Shown here piece by piece: positions 53,083 through 64,000 of a DNA stretch of 64,000 nucleotides. Below the pieces are notes generated by a model, which was not told the origin of the DNA, did no database searches, and worked only from the letters and a program-made list of their open reading frames with translations. Source of the stretch: Octopus vulgaris (Eukaryota). Location: contig OX597822.1 in NCBI GenBank assembly GCA_951406725.2, positions 16,678,001 through 16,742,000 of the forward strand, read 5' to 3'. The number at the start of each line of letters is the position of its first letter. Positions within the stretch are counted from its first letter, which is position 1. The position numbers and the translations under genes are program-made.

Positions 53083-53445
53083 AAGGTGGCAAGCTGGCAG
53101 AATCATTAGTACGCCAGATAATCTACTTAGCGTTATTTCTTCCGTCCTTACGTTCTGAGTTCAAATTCTGCCGAGGTCGACTTTATTTTTCATTCTTTCG
53201 GGGTCGATTAAATAAGCACCAGTTACGCACTTGAGTCGATATAATCGACTTAATCCGTTTGTCTGTCCTTGTTTGTCCTGTCTATGTTTAGCCCCTTGTG
53301 GGTAGTAAAGAAATAGGTATCCCTTACGTTCTGGGTTCAAATACCGTCGGGGTCAACTTTTCTTTCATCCTTTCGGGGTCGATAAATTAACTAATCGACT
53401 TAATCCCTGCCCCTAAGTTGCCGGCCTTGTGCCAAAATTTAAAAT
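53083..53445 (+). mobile_element. SINE family A, full copy followed by a partial copy
   Basis: ccttacgttctg(a/g)gttcaaat occurs at ~53146 and ~53322. Confidence 0.85.
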
Positions 53446-55614
53446 CACTAAGGATGCCGCATTCTAATAGCTGTAACAGCCTACTATATAGGTGAGAACT
53501 GCGTTATACTTACTAAGCATTTTAAAGGGAAATGTCTTGTGTGTCTTGTAATACATCAAGTCCTTGCCTTTGGTTGTTTCGTCACAAGTAAACCTCGACC
53601 AAATACATCTATATTTATAGGTTTCCAGCCGTGACCTTTCAGTCTATTTAATATTTTCAAGGTGTTCTTTATTTAATATTTCTTTCCTGTTTTTAATGCT
53701 GTATAGTATGCTTCGAGGGGGATTTGGCTGCTATTATAGAGGGTTTAGTGCTTTATAACTTCGTGTTCGTGTTTGATTCCACTGTGTAATATCTGACGTC
53801 AGTGTTTCTACATCAGTTCGTGTCGGCCCAAGCCGTATAAATAGACAAACATAGTATGGAAGCGCGTGGGTCGCATTAGAGCAGTAATTTAAAGCGACAG
53901 CAGTCATCGGAACTAGGCGATCGGATGCAGCAGTTTGGACGCTGGCGATTTTGTACAGCCGACTGGACATTCATCCTGGTTTGGTGATAGTACTTTTTGG
54001 CACAAGAGGTAAACACAAACGCTCACACGTGCAGATATATACAGATGCAAGCAGAAAGAGTAAGAGATAGGGAGAACGCGAGAGAGTGAGACATTACAAT
54101 TTATTAATTGAACACGATTGACATAAACCTTTTCGCCTCTTTTCACACACATAAAGCGAAATATACTTACACACACACACACACACAAACAGAGACAGAG
54201 AAGAGGGGAACGAGGTAAAGATCAAAGCATCTGATTTCAAATAAGTCAGCGTTGAACACGCTGTAGCCTCATAGTGGTCCACTGGTTCTGGATGGGGATC
54301 ACATTAAGGGTGCCAATGTCTGTGGAAAATCATGCCTCTTACACTACTCATCTTCGAAAGTGATAGGGACGTTATTTACAAATCCCATTGTTCAATTATG
54401 TAATATATTTCATAACAAAGCCTGAACAGCACTCAGTGAATTAAATCAGAGACTGAAATTGAATTCTTATTTCACTTCGTGCACTGCAATAGGGGCCCAT
54501 ACGATTATGTCTACTTAAAGCCATTTTTTGTTGCAGAATTTCCTGTCTATTGAAATATATTATAATTTATCCTTTGATTTACCGATATTTTGAACAGGAG
54601 CTCTTTTAATTCAGCTTCGTGGTTAAACTGTCAAATTTCTGCAGACTTGTTCCCCTAAATCTTACAAACTTCCTCATTGGAGGTGTTTTAATATTTTCGT
54701 AGCCTGAAATTTTTCAAATTGATTTTACTCTTCATCTTCCAAAGCCCCACAGAGCTGATCGCAGCCTCTAATTTCCCTTAATTGTGATAGGGAATTCAAT
54801 ATTTATACTTCTTAATTTTTCTATCCCCATTTCAGTTTTCTGCTTTAGAGTTATTCAAAAATAAATTGACTTTCTTTTTCTCTCGCTCCTTGAGCTTTCC
54901 GTTAGTTGTAGGGGAAATTGGGAATAAAAAGTGGAGCAACAGGAAAGCAGGAAATGGAAGAATTATTTTATAACATTGAAGCATTAATATTTTCTCTAAT
55001 CCAAATGAAAATTATAATGTAATGCTTGCACAATATGTACCAGGAAAATCCATTTTAAGATCTCAAAAGGAAAAAAGCCTCAAACAAATCTCACTGCAAC
55101 CGTGAATGTGAGGTTCTGCAAAGATGTATAAAGAGATAATGGTATTGTTCCTAAGTGTTCATTATTCCACCTTTATTGTACAGTCAGTGCAAGAAATGAG
55201 AAGCTTGCTTTTATAGCATTGTGTTTGATATTGCATTAATTTAATCAATGAAAACTTTTCCAGTAAACTTGACTTCACTGATCCCTTTCGTATCCATTAA
55301 CTTCGGGCCTCGTTCAGTTGTGATCAACAATGGCGGAGTCAGTTAATAATTCCCAAACAACTGATCAAGCGATGTTGTCAAGCAGTAATGAGGACGTCAG
55401 TCTCTGTATTGATAACTCCCGTTCATTCTATGTATTATTATCAAATCCATATACAATGGGAATCGTATAGCATTCAAAGTTATATCAACAACATCGCAAT
55501 CGCAATAATATCAATGAGGAAATAATGAACTCATACCAAAGAACTGCAATAAAATGCGGTAAACATTCAATTGGAATATCAAAGAGAATGGAAAAAATTA
55601 TAAAAATTGAAACC

Positions 55615-56115
55615 ATATTGGTTTCAAATGTTGGTGCAAGGCTGGTAATATTGGGAGAAGGAGGTAAGTGGTTTACATCGATTCCAGTATTCAAATAGTA
55701 CATTCTTTATCGACCCTGGAAGAATGAAAGACAAAGTGGACCTCGGTGGAATTTGAACTCACAACGTAAAGACGGACGAAATGCAGTTAAACATTTCGAC
55801 CGGCGTGCTAACGATTCTGCCCAAAAATTATAATACATAAATTGCCTATAATGAATATCCAGTGCAATATTAAGCATATTATCAAGGTGGCGACGGCGAC
55901 GACGACGAGGGCGGCGGGCTGGTAGAACGGTTGGCACGCCGGTCGAAGTGCTTAGCGGCATTTCGTCCGTTTTTACGTTCTGAATTCAAATTCTGCTGAG
56001 GTCAACTTTGCCTTTCGTCCCTTTGGAATCGGGAAAATAAGTACCAGTTGAACACTGGAGTCGATATAATCGATTTCCCCAGCCCTCAAAATTGCTGGCC
56101 TTGTACCAAAATAAG
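55615..56115. mobile_element. divergent pair of SINE family A copies
   Basis: Minus copy 55615-55822 and plus copy 55910-56115. Confidence 0.85.
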
Positions 56116-56409
56116 AAAAGAATATCAAGTTAATTTGTTGGCGTGTGTTCGCCATTTTTTGTTTAAACAAAGGCAGTTGCAATCAATCCCGTTATATTAC
56201 TAATGCTTATTTCAGCAGTCCCAGATTGTCATTGACCGGGAGCACGCAAAGACTAATCGAATAGATCGATATCTATATCTCTATACAATCTTTGAATTCC
56301 ACCATATAGCATAAAGTTGACAGAATTGTAGATGGCGCAGTTCCTGTTTCGAACGGTAAACGCTATCTGTAGACCGTAGTTCAGATAAATGGATATCATA
56401 GAAAGAGCG

Positions 56410-56710
56410 CGTGGCTGATAACTTCGTTGTGGGATTAATGATCTCACTTTGCAACCACATGGTTTCTGGTTCGGTCCGACAAAGAGGCATCTTGGACAAG
56501 TAGCTTCTGCTCTAGCGCTGGGCCGATCAATTCTTTAGGTGAATAGGGTAAACGGAAACTGTGTGGAATCCTGTTTCCGTGTGGAATACATCCAGTAGAA
56601 TATGTACCAGACTTACACGGTAATAAATACTGGAGTCAATTTGTTTGACTAAACCCTTCAATTCAGTGCTCCAACATGGCCGCAGTTCAGAGAGTGAAAC
56701 ACGTTAAAGA
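56410..56710 (+). mobile_element. SINE family B, decayed
   Basis: caaccacatggtttctggttcggtcc..gtgctccaacatggccgcagt. Confidence 0.75.
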
Positions 56711-57214
56711 GCAACGAAACGCCACTGCTGATGTGCACAGATTATCACTGATCCGATCCAGTAACTGTTGTATTGCTCCGTGTAACTATCACATCATCCA
56801 TTGTAACATCCACAGAACGCTATTTCGAAACAGGCAGAATCCGCGCTGAAGAACAATGCCATTTCTTGTCAATAACAAGATTGTATTGAACGTGAAGAAG
56901 GCGATAGAATCTTCGTCGACATTCTTAGTAATGCCCCGTGGAGTCCATGCGGTGATGAACATCAATCTTAATCCAATGTTTAACAACAGAGCTATTGACC
57001 AGGTAGAGTGATTCCATTGTTTTTGTGGCTGAAGGGCGGGGAGCGGGAGAGTAAGGTGCGGGTGGTAGAAGAGGAGAGCTTTACACTTTTACTTCGTTAA
57101 GTCACATTGAATTGGTTCCGTGTCTTAAATTAATTTTTGAAATTTCGATGGAAACCACAATAATACAATAATGACAATTGATAAACACGAGAATATTAGC
57201 GAGCCAACTGTTAA

Positions 57215-57503
57215 AGTGATGACGATGACAATAATGATGATTATGATGATGGTGGTGGTGGTGGTGGTGATATTTATGAAGGAATGGTGAGAGAGAGAGC
57301 GAGGGGAGAGAAAGACGGAAAGGGGGAAAAGAGAGATGGAGAAGAGGGCGAGGAGAAGAATGGGTAGGAGAGAGATAGAAGAGAAAGGGAGGGAAGGAGG
57401 GAGCAGCAGAATGAGGTGGGTGAAGAATAACAGCGATGATGATGATGATGACGATGATTACAACCACGATCATGATATTGATAACAACAACAACAACAGC
57501 AAC

Positions 57504-57538
<35 letters not shown>

Positions 57539-57970
57539 CAACAACTATAATAATAATAATAACAACAACAACAACAACAACTATAATAATAATAATAACA
57601 ACAACAACAACAACTATAATAATAATAATAACAATAACAACAACAACAACTATAATAATAATAATAATAATGACAATCACAATAATGATAAGCAAAATGT
57701 TCTCAGTTGCAATAATCTCATTTGACTTGGCGTTGGGCCAAAAAAAAAGGAAAAGGAACAATAACAACAGCAACAACAACAATAAAGTAATAGAAATAAT
57801 AATGAATAGAAGAAGAAGAGGAGGGGGGAGGTGGAGAGGCGGAGGAGGAGGAGGAAGAAGAAGAAGAAGAAGAAGAAGAAGAAGAAGAAGAAGAAGAAGA
57901 AGAAGAAGAAGAAGAAGAAGAAGAAGAAGAAGAAGAAGAAGAAGAAGAAGAAGAAGAAGAAGAAGAAGCG
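57215..57970. repeat. compound trinucleotide microsatellite block (GAT, GGT, AAC/AAT, GGA, GAA)
   Basis: Directly visible; includes roughly 38 GAA units. Confidence 0.95.
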
Positions 57971-58457
57971 CAAGTATAGCAGTAGGAGTAATCAGTAGAT
58001 GTTGGAGAGCAGCAGAATGGATATGAGTGGTAATTATGAAGGCTTCTAATGGCAGCCATTTGTTAAATGTAGAGCAAAACAAACATTGTAGAGATGAAGC
58101 GAAGCAGATCGATAATGACTATTGTGGCAGATAATCAGAAGAACGGTGCGTGTTGACAACGACAACAACAGAAACAATAACAGCAGCAACAACAACAACA
58201 TATTGACATAACACAATTACAATGATCACGTCAACTAATATTCACTGGGCTAATTACAGAAACAATGGCTGACGTTTATATATATATATACATGTGTCAG
58301 GGGCAGGGTGCGTGTGGGTGTGCGTGCGTGTGTGTGTATAGATGAATATATTTGTATGCATGCATATGTGTGTTTATATATATATATACACATATATATA
58401 CACACCCACATATATGTATGTACACACATATGCGCACGCATACATACATGTATGCTT

Positions 58458-58494
<37 letters not shown>

Positions 58495-58547
58495 ACATGT
58501 ATGTATGTATGTATGTAGGTATCTATATATATGTATGTATGTATATG

Positions 58548-58582
<35 letters not shown>

Positions 58583-58609
58583 GTGTGTTTGTGTGTATGT
58601 ATGTATATG

Positions 58610-58648
<39 letters not shown>

Positions 58649-58811
58649 TAAACAAGAAAATTATTAACAGGTACTTCGAAGTGTCGGAAGTTAACCCATC
58701 GAAAGTGTCAATAATATTCTTGTTTTAGAATAATAAATTTGTAATTTCCAAAAACAGAGATTAACCCATCAGATTAATATAAAATTGTTTTTATTAGAAG
58801 TGACCATAAGT

Positions 58812-59395
58812 CAGCGAGCTGGCAGAAGCGTTAGCACGCCGGGTGAAATGGTTAGCGGGATTTCGTCTGTCCTTACGTTCTGAGTTCAAATTCCGCTGAG
58901 GTCGACATTACCTTTCATCCTTCCGGTGGGGGTGACAAATTGAGTACCAGTTGTGTACAGTGGTTGATATAATCTCCTAGCTCCCCTCCCCCAAATTTCA
59001 GGCTTTGTGCCTATAGTAGAAAGGATTATAACTGAACATCAAAGCAAGCATTATCCCACACACACGCATGTGTCTTCTATCTTGTGCTTATTTCAGTCAT
59101 TGGACTGAGGCCAAGCTGGGGCACCATCTTCGAAACCACTACTTATTCTTTTACAGCCTGATACTTATTCCATCGGTTCCTTTTATCGAATTGCTAAACA
59201 CATCAAGTCGTCTGGACAAACACAAAGATACAAACACACACATACATAAGTACCTTCCTAACTACATGATTCCGGGTTCAGTCCCGTTGCATGGCACCTT
59301 GGACGAGTGTCTTCTACTATAACCTCGGGTTGACCAATGCCTCGTGAATGGATTTGGTAGACAGAAACTGAAAGAAGCCCCTTGCTAGCATGTGT

Positions 59396-59440
<45 letters not shown>

Positions 59441-59658
59441 AGAGAGAGCGTGTGTGTGTATATGTGCATGTGTGTATATGTGTGTATATCTTTATGTCTG
59501 TTTGTCCCTCACCACCGCTTGACAAGCGGTGTTGGTGTGTTTCGTCCTTGTAACTTAGTAGTTCAGCAAAAGACACCGATTGAACAAGTACTGGTGGTCG
59601 ATTCGTTGAAGGCGGTGCTGCAGCATGTTCGCAGTCTAATGACTGAAACAAGTAACAA

Positions 59659-59660
<2 letters not shown>
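58812..59660. mobile_element. SINE cluster: A (+, 58812-59030), B (-, 59085-59250), B (+, 59255-59660)
   Basis: Diagnostic blocks of both families. Confidence 0.8.
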
Positions 59661-59726
<66 letters not shown>

Positions 59727-59731
<5 letters not shown>

Positions 59732-60446
59732 TCTCCAGACGAGGGTGATAGGGTCTTATTTAGCAGCTTATTGTTATGGGACCCTATCACCCTCGTCCGG
59801 AGACGCAGCTCCGTATAATGCCAGAATAACGCACGGTAATAATAATAGTAATAGTGATAATAGAACCGGCACAGAGATTAGCAATCTCCATACCAGCCAT
59901 GGAGTTAATAATAGGAATAAGGATAGGAGCAATGTTGACGACACTAACGTTAGTAATGGTAATAGGGATGAGAGCACTGTCCGAGTCATTAATGTTGAGA
60001 GTCCTAATAACACCTTTAGCAGCGGTTTAGACCACAGTAGGATCACGGACATTAGCGATCACAGCGATTTCAGTGACAGGGAATACACAGGTGTTATTCC
60101 ATTAAATAGTATTGATAATGGGGTGTATAATGTAGAAGACAGCCGCAGTTCTCACAATCATTATAGTAATAAGAACGCCGTGTTAATATCGGAAGCAAAT
60201 CCCAATAGAATAAGGTTCTTATCTAGTAATTCCAAGATTAGAAATGCCATTTACCAATGCAGAGTTTACACTGAATCAGATGTCTACTCGTATATCGGAG
60301 CGTCATCATCAAAATTGGCCGTGAGAATATCGAACCACTTCACAACATTTCGCGATTTTAGGAAACATCACGCGACAGGACTTAGTAAATTGATCTGGCG
60401 TTTGAAGAACGCGAATTCAACATTTTATTCGCCCGAGGGCGCCTAG
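59727..60446 (+). CDS. ORF with an N/S/D-rich region and a C-terminally truncated PLE-type GIY-YIG endonuclease
   Basis: NAIYQCRVYTESDVYSYIGASSSKLAVRISNHFTTFRDFRKHHATGLSKLIWRLK matches the PLE endonuclease pattern iY...v...YiG....k.R..nH...F......T.Ls..iW.Lk. No RT is present, and the start codon is doubtful. Confidence 0.7.
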
Positions 60447-61410
60447 TTAACGGGATTTTGCAAAATTCTTTCAGATGTCCCCATTGGCGCCGACACACAT
60501 TTCTTGCATACAATTGAAACCTAAGATAATTAACCCCTTGATGTCCTAAGAAAAAAATTTTTGGAAAATTTTGAAAAAATCTTTGAATTGAATTTACAAG
60601 GGGAAATTACTCCCCTTTTAGCGTATGGTCTGCTACTTTTTTAGAAGCAATATCAGGGATTATATTCCCCTTGATTTGATAGGTCATCTGTATACAAGCT
60701 GGCCACAGACGAACACACAGACACAGACTCTTATCAGCTGCTTGACCAACAAATTCAACAGTTCTCTTTCCCTCTAGCAGCTGCCTGACATATTCCAACA
60801 CATACACAGGCGCGCACACACATACATGTAGGCAGGTTCTCACACCTTAAATAAGATAGCCTTAATTCTTAAAACATTCCGAACATTAACATTAGTTATA
60901 CAGAATATATTCACACCCTTTGGTTTTCAGAATTTCTTCCACTACCAGGTTTGACCGCAGTTTGACCTGATTTATTCCAACGGACTTTTTCGTCGGCCTC
61001 CACCCTCCCCCTGACGTCAACGCAAATTGAGAGACAGTTTTGTGCTATTTCATGGGCTCCTAAGGAGCGTTTTGTTCGAATACCTTGCTGCGCATTTGTT
61101 TTGGAGTTTTAAATTCCTGGATTTTCCTGAAGAGAAAGCTGCAAAATGGTCTCCTTATTCAGTCCGAATTTGGAAATTTGCGGCCTTTGAAACATGTGTA
61201 GAAAATAATAAAAGGAATTCTGTAGAATCTTCGTTCAGCTCCATTTCTTCCCTTCACTAAATATATTAAACTTCAATTATCCGCGCTAAGGCACGGTTGC
61301 GACACCCCAAGGTCGTAACTCCAACCGTGTTTTTTCTGTTGTGATTTTTGCTACCCAGGTATCGGTTAAATTTTGAATAATCTTTAACAAGATAATTCAT
61401 TTATCCATTT

Positions 61411-61460
<50 letters not shown>

Positions 61461-61469
61461 ATGTATACA

Positions 61470-61640
61470 TCACCAGTTTAGACCGTTGAAATCTGCACAT
61501 TTTCTCTCTCTTCATTTTTGTCCCCTCTTAATCCGTACTGTCGAAAAGCGTAGGGAGAAACGCAAAAGACTTTTCCATTCTTCCCGAGTATTAAACTAAT
61601 ACACCTGTTTGTTGTTCGTATACTTGTACTTCACAAAATA
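61470..61640 (+). mobile_element. decayed PLE terminal repeat with a degenerate CUGUCGA hammerhead (61534-61570)
   Basis: ctgtcgaaaagcgtagggagaaacgcaaaagac..cttcccgag..aaactaatacacctgtttgttg, homologous to 27870-27960. Confidence 0.7.
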
Positions 61641-61819
61641 TAAAGTAACCCTGAGATTAATACAAAATTGTTTTTATTACAACTCAACACACACACATAC
61701 ACACACACACACATACACACACACACACACACTTTTCTCCCTCTCTCTCCCTTTTTTATCCTTTTCGCGCTCTCTCATCCTCTCTCTCTCTCTCTTTCTC
61801 TCTCGTTTTTGCTTTTCAC

Positions 61820-63900
61820 TTACTGTAAAGGGACCAATAGAAATGGCAAGCACATGGAGAATTTACTGGAACATCAAGATCATGTTCCTATTAATACAAG
61901 ATTTTAGACCCATAGTGTTAGGCTCTGGATAAGCAAATCCTCATTGCTATGGCAACTTGACGCTATACATGTTAAAACGGTTTCGTGCAAATTCCAGATA
62001 AGTTACGGCAAGAACCGAATAGCAGTCAAAGATTCTAAGAAACAAAGTCAATGGGGATAAGTGTCAGGTGATGCCAACTTATGTGAGAAGTTTACAGTTG
62101 CAGTACACAACAGGTTCATCCGTCGGTGGCGTCCCTCTGTGTCACAGGCTTGAGGACGAGTATTGCAGAGATGTATATGACACCCTAACCACTGCTGCCA
62201 ACAAAGATATGCCACGAGAATTGCTCTCCACAGAGAAAGAAAAAGAAGACACTAGTCTTTGCTTCTGATCATAAGTTCCAGAGATAATTTGAAGAAGGAA
62301 CTTGGATTCTTCTAAGCTGCCCATGATGAAGCGTACAAACTGGTATTAGATGTACAGGTTGGGTCCAAAACGAAAGAGCTTCATGAAATTTCTGAAGGAA
62401 CTTATCAACAAGAGAGTTTTCTGCGGTGATCCTTTTAGTTGGGAAACCCACTGACCAGCATTTACGCTACTGATTTCAGTTCTTTAAATTGTCACTTGGT
62501 AAAACAGAGCTACGCAGCACCGAAATTGACGACGATCCTTTCACCAATTACAATTTAGTAGATGTAACCTATCGATCTAGGATGGATAATTCATCAGAGA
62601 ACTTTAGAAAAATGCTTTTGAAAGTTTCAGAAACAAGACGCCAGTTCCGGATAAGATTCCAGCTGTCATCTGGAAGAGTTTGATATTCCACAAAAATCTG
62701 TTTGGCTTCTGTGAGACCTGTAAAGGAAACAAACCAAATCTTGAATCTTCAATTGTTGCAGATCCAAAGAAAAGCGACTTTAAAACTGGTTTAGAATTAC
62801 AGAACTGCATTCTTACTTCGAAAATTTATTATTCTATGCTCCTTGAATAGAATTCCTTGTTATATTGATCCCATCCTGCGATGAAACGTCTTCCACAAAG
62901 TTAAATCAGCTCCACCACAGAGACTTGCCATCAGAAAAATCTATGAAAGCATAAATTGTATTTATGCATTTCTACAAAGCATATTTAGTGTGAAAAGAAA
63001 TATCAAGTTTCAGATCCTGTTCAACTAAGATATCCTAGATGAGATTGCCAAAGCCATTGTATCATATACGAAAATCCATCATGCATACAAGCTTTGTGAA
63101 AAGCACACGACGGTCCATCTTTAAAGTACAGTCCGACAACTGTAGGAATCCTTCGGGAAGATATTCTACATCTTCTTCTCTTTGGGATTGTCCTGGACAG
63201 CATCCCTAGGCAATCTTGGTGCCATTCATGGCAACAGCTTCACCGTCAAGTAGAAGTGATCAGGACATCTGCAGAGCACATATCTGTGAGCTTCACTACC
63301 AATTCGCTTGCTTACATATCTATGTGATGCTCCAGCTTTGCCAACATCCCTTAGCGACTAGGGCATTCTACTAACGATCGTAAAGTTGTGAGTTCAATTC
63401 CAGGCGATGTGTTGTGTCCTTGTGCAAGACACTTTATTTCACGTTGTCCAATCCACTCAGCTGGCAAAAATGAGCTGTATCTATATGTCAAGGGGACCGG
63501 CCTTGTCACATTCTGTGTTACACTGATTCTCCCATGGATTATGATGTTAAGAGCGCAATGTGTCTGTGAAGTATTCAGCCTCCCGCACGTTGGAGTGCCA
63601 GTTAGCATCGCTTGAGAATTGTGCAGCCAAAGTTGGTTTGTTTCTCAATGCAATGAAGACTGGATACATGAACATCAAAGAAGATAGAAGCGGCTTTTCA
63701 CTTTGTTCCAACAATGATACAAAACTCAAGGGGTCAGTAACTTCAAGTACTTTGGCTCCTATGTTGCTGACAATAAGAAATACTTGCTTACACGCAAGCC
63801 CGAACGGCCTAGAATAAGCTTAAAAATCATGTGGCACTCAGGCATTTCAGATGAGTCTTCTTTCTGGTGTCGAAACTTTGATTATGAAGAACATAATATG
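61820..63900 (+). mobile_element. decayed RTE-clade LINE ORF (APE end + RT), interrupted by a SINE
   Basis: INTRF, QLDAI, KKSD, KIYYSMLL.RI..IDPILR, then ASLENCAAKVGLFLNAMKTGYM and FKYFGS; many stops and frameshifts. Confidence 0.75.
63348..63600 (+). mobile_element. SINE family C (tRNA-derived)
   Basis: GAGTTCAATTCC B box, gttgtgtccttgtgcaagacacttt, ccactcagctggcaaaaatgag. Confidence 0.75.
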
Positions 63901-64000
63901 GGTGGAAGGTAGCGAGAGATCGATAGAGACGGAGTGGGAGAAGAGATTCGATACCAGACGCAAAGAGAAACAGTAGCATTTGACGGAATATATCATTGGG

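Noticed and set aside
57102-58082. 326-aa and 196-aa homopolymer-rich ORFs
   Set aside because: Antisense or alternate frames of trinucleotide repeats.

Overview
AT-rich, microsatellite-saturated animal DNA, probably intergenic or intronic. The SINE families point to an octopus genome; this is inferred from recalled consensus sequences, not from a search. No host protein-coding gene could be supported, and most ORFs in the track are (TA)n/(CA)n/trinucleotide artefacts. The coding content is retroelement-derived: a 5'-truncated Dong/R4-type RT-RLE LINE inside a (TAA)n tract (23901-26396, -), a Neptune-type Penelope-like element (PLE) with RT and GIY-YIG domains (46122-48605, +), an RT-less GIY-YIG ORF (59727-60446), and decayed CR1/L2, RTE, Gypsy and hAT relics. 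There is also a pogo/Tc2-like MITE and some 30 tRNA-derived SINE copies. The most striking unannotated signal is RNA-structural: eight type I hammerhead ribozyme motifs from four unrelated repeat families. One family is a tRNA-headed, (TAA)n-containing non-autonomous element, arranged in tandem and head-to-head, whose TAA tract hosts the Dong LINE. Another is a PLE terminal-repeat hammerhead with U at the normally conserved A6 in all three copies. Several microsatellite-flanked inserts also carry fold-back inverted repeats. All folds were read by eye and none has been tested.
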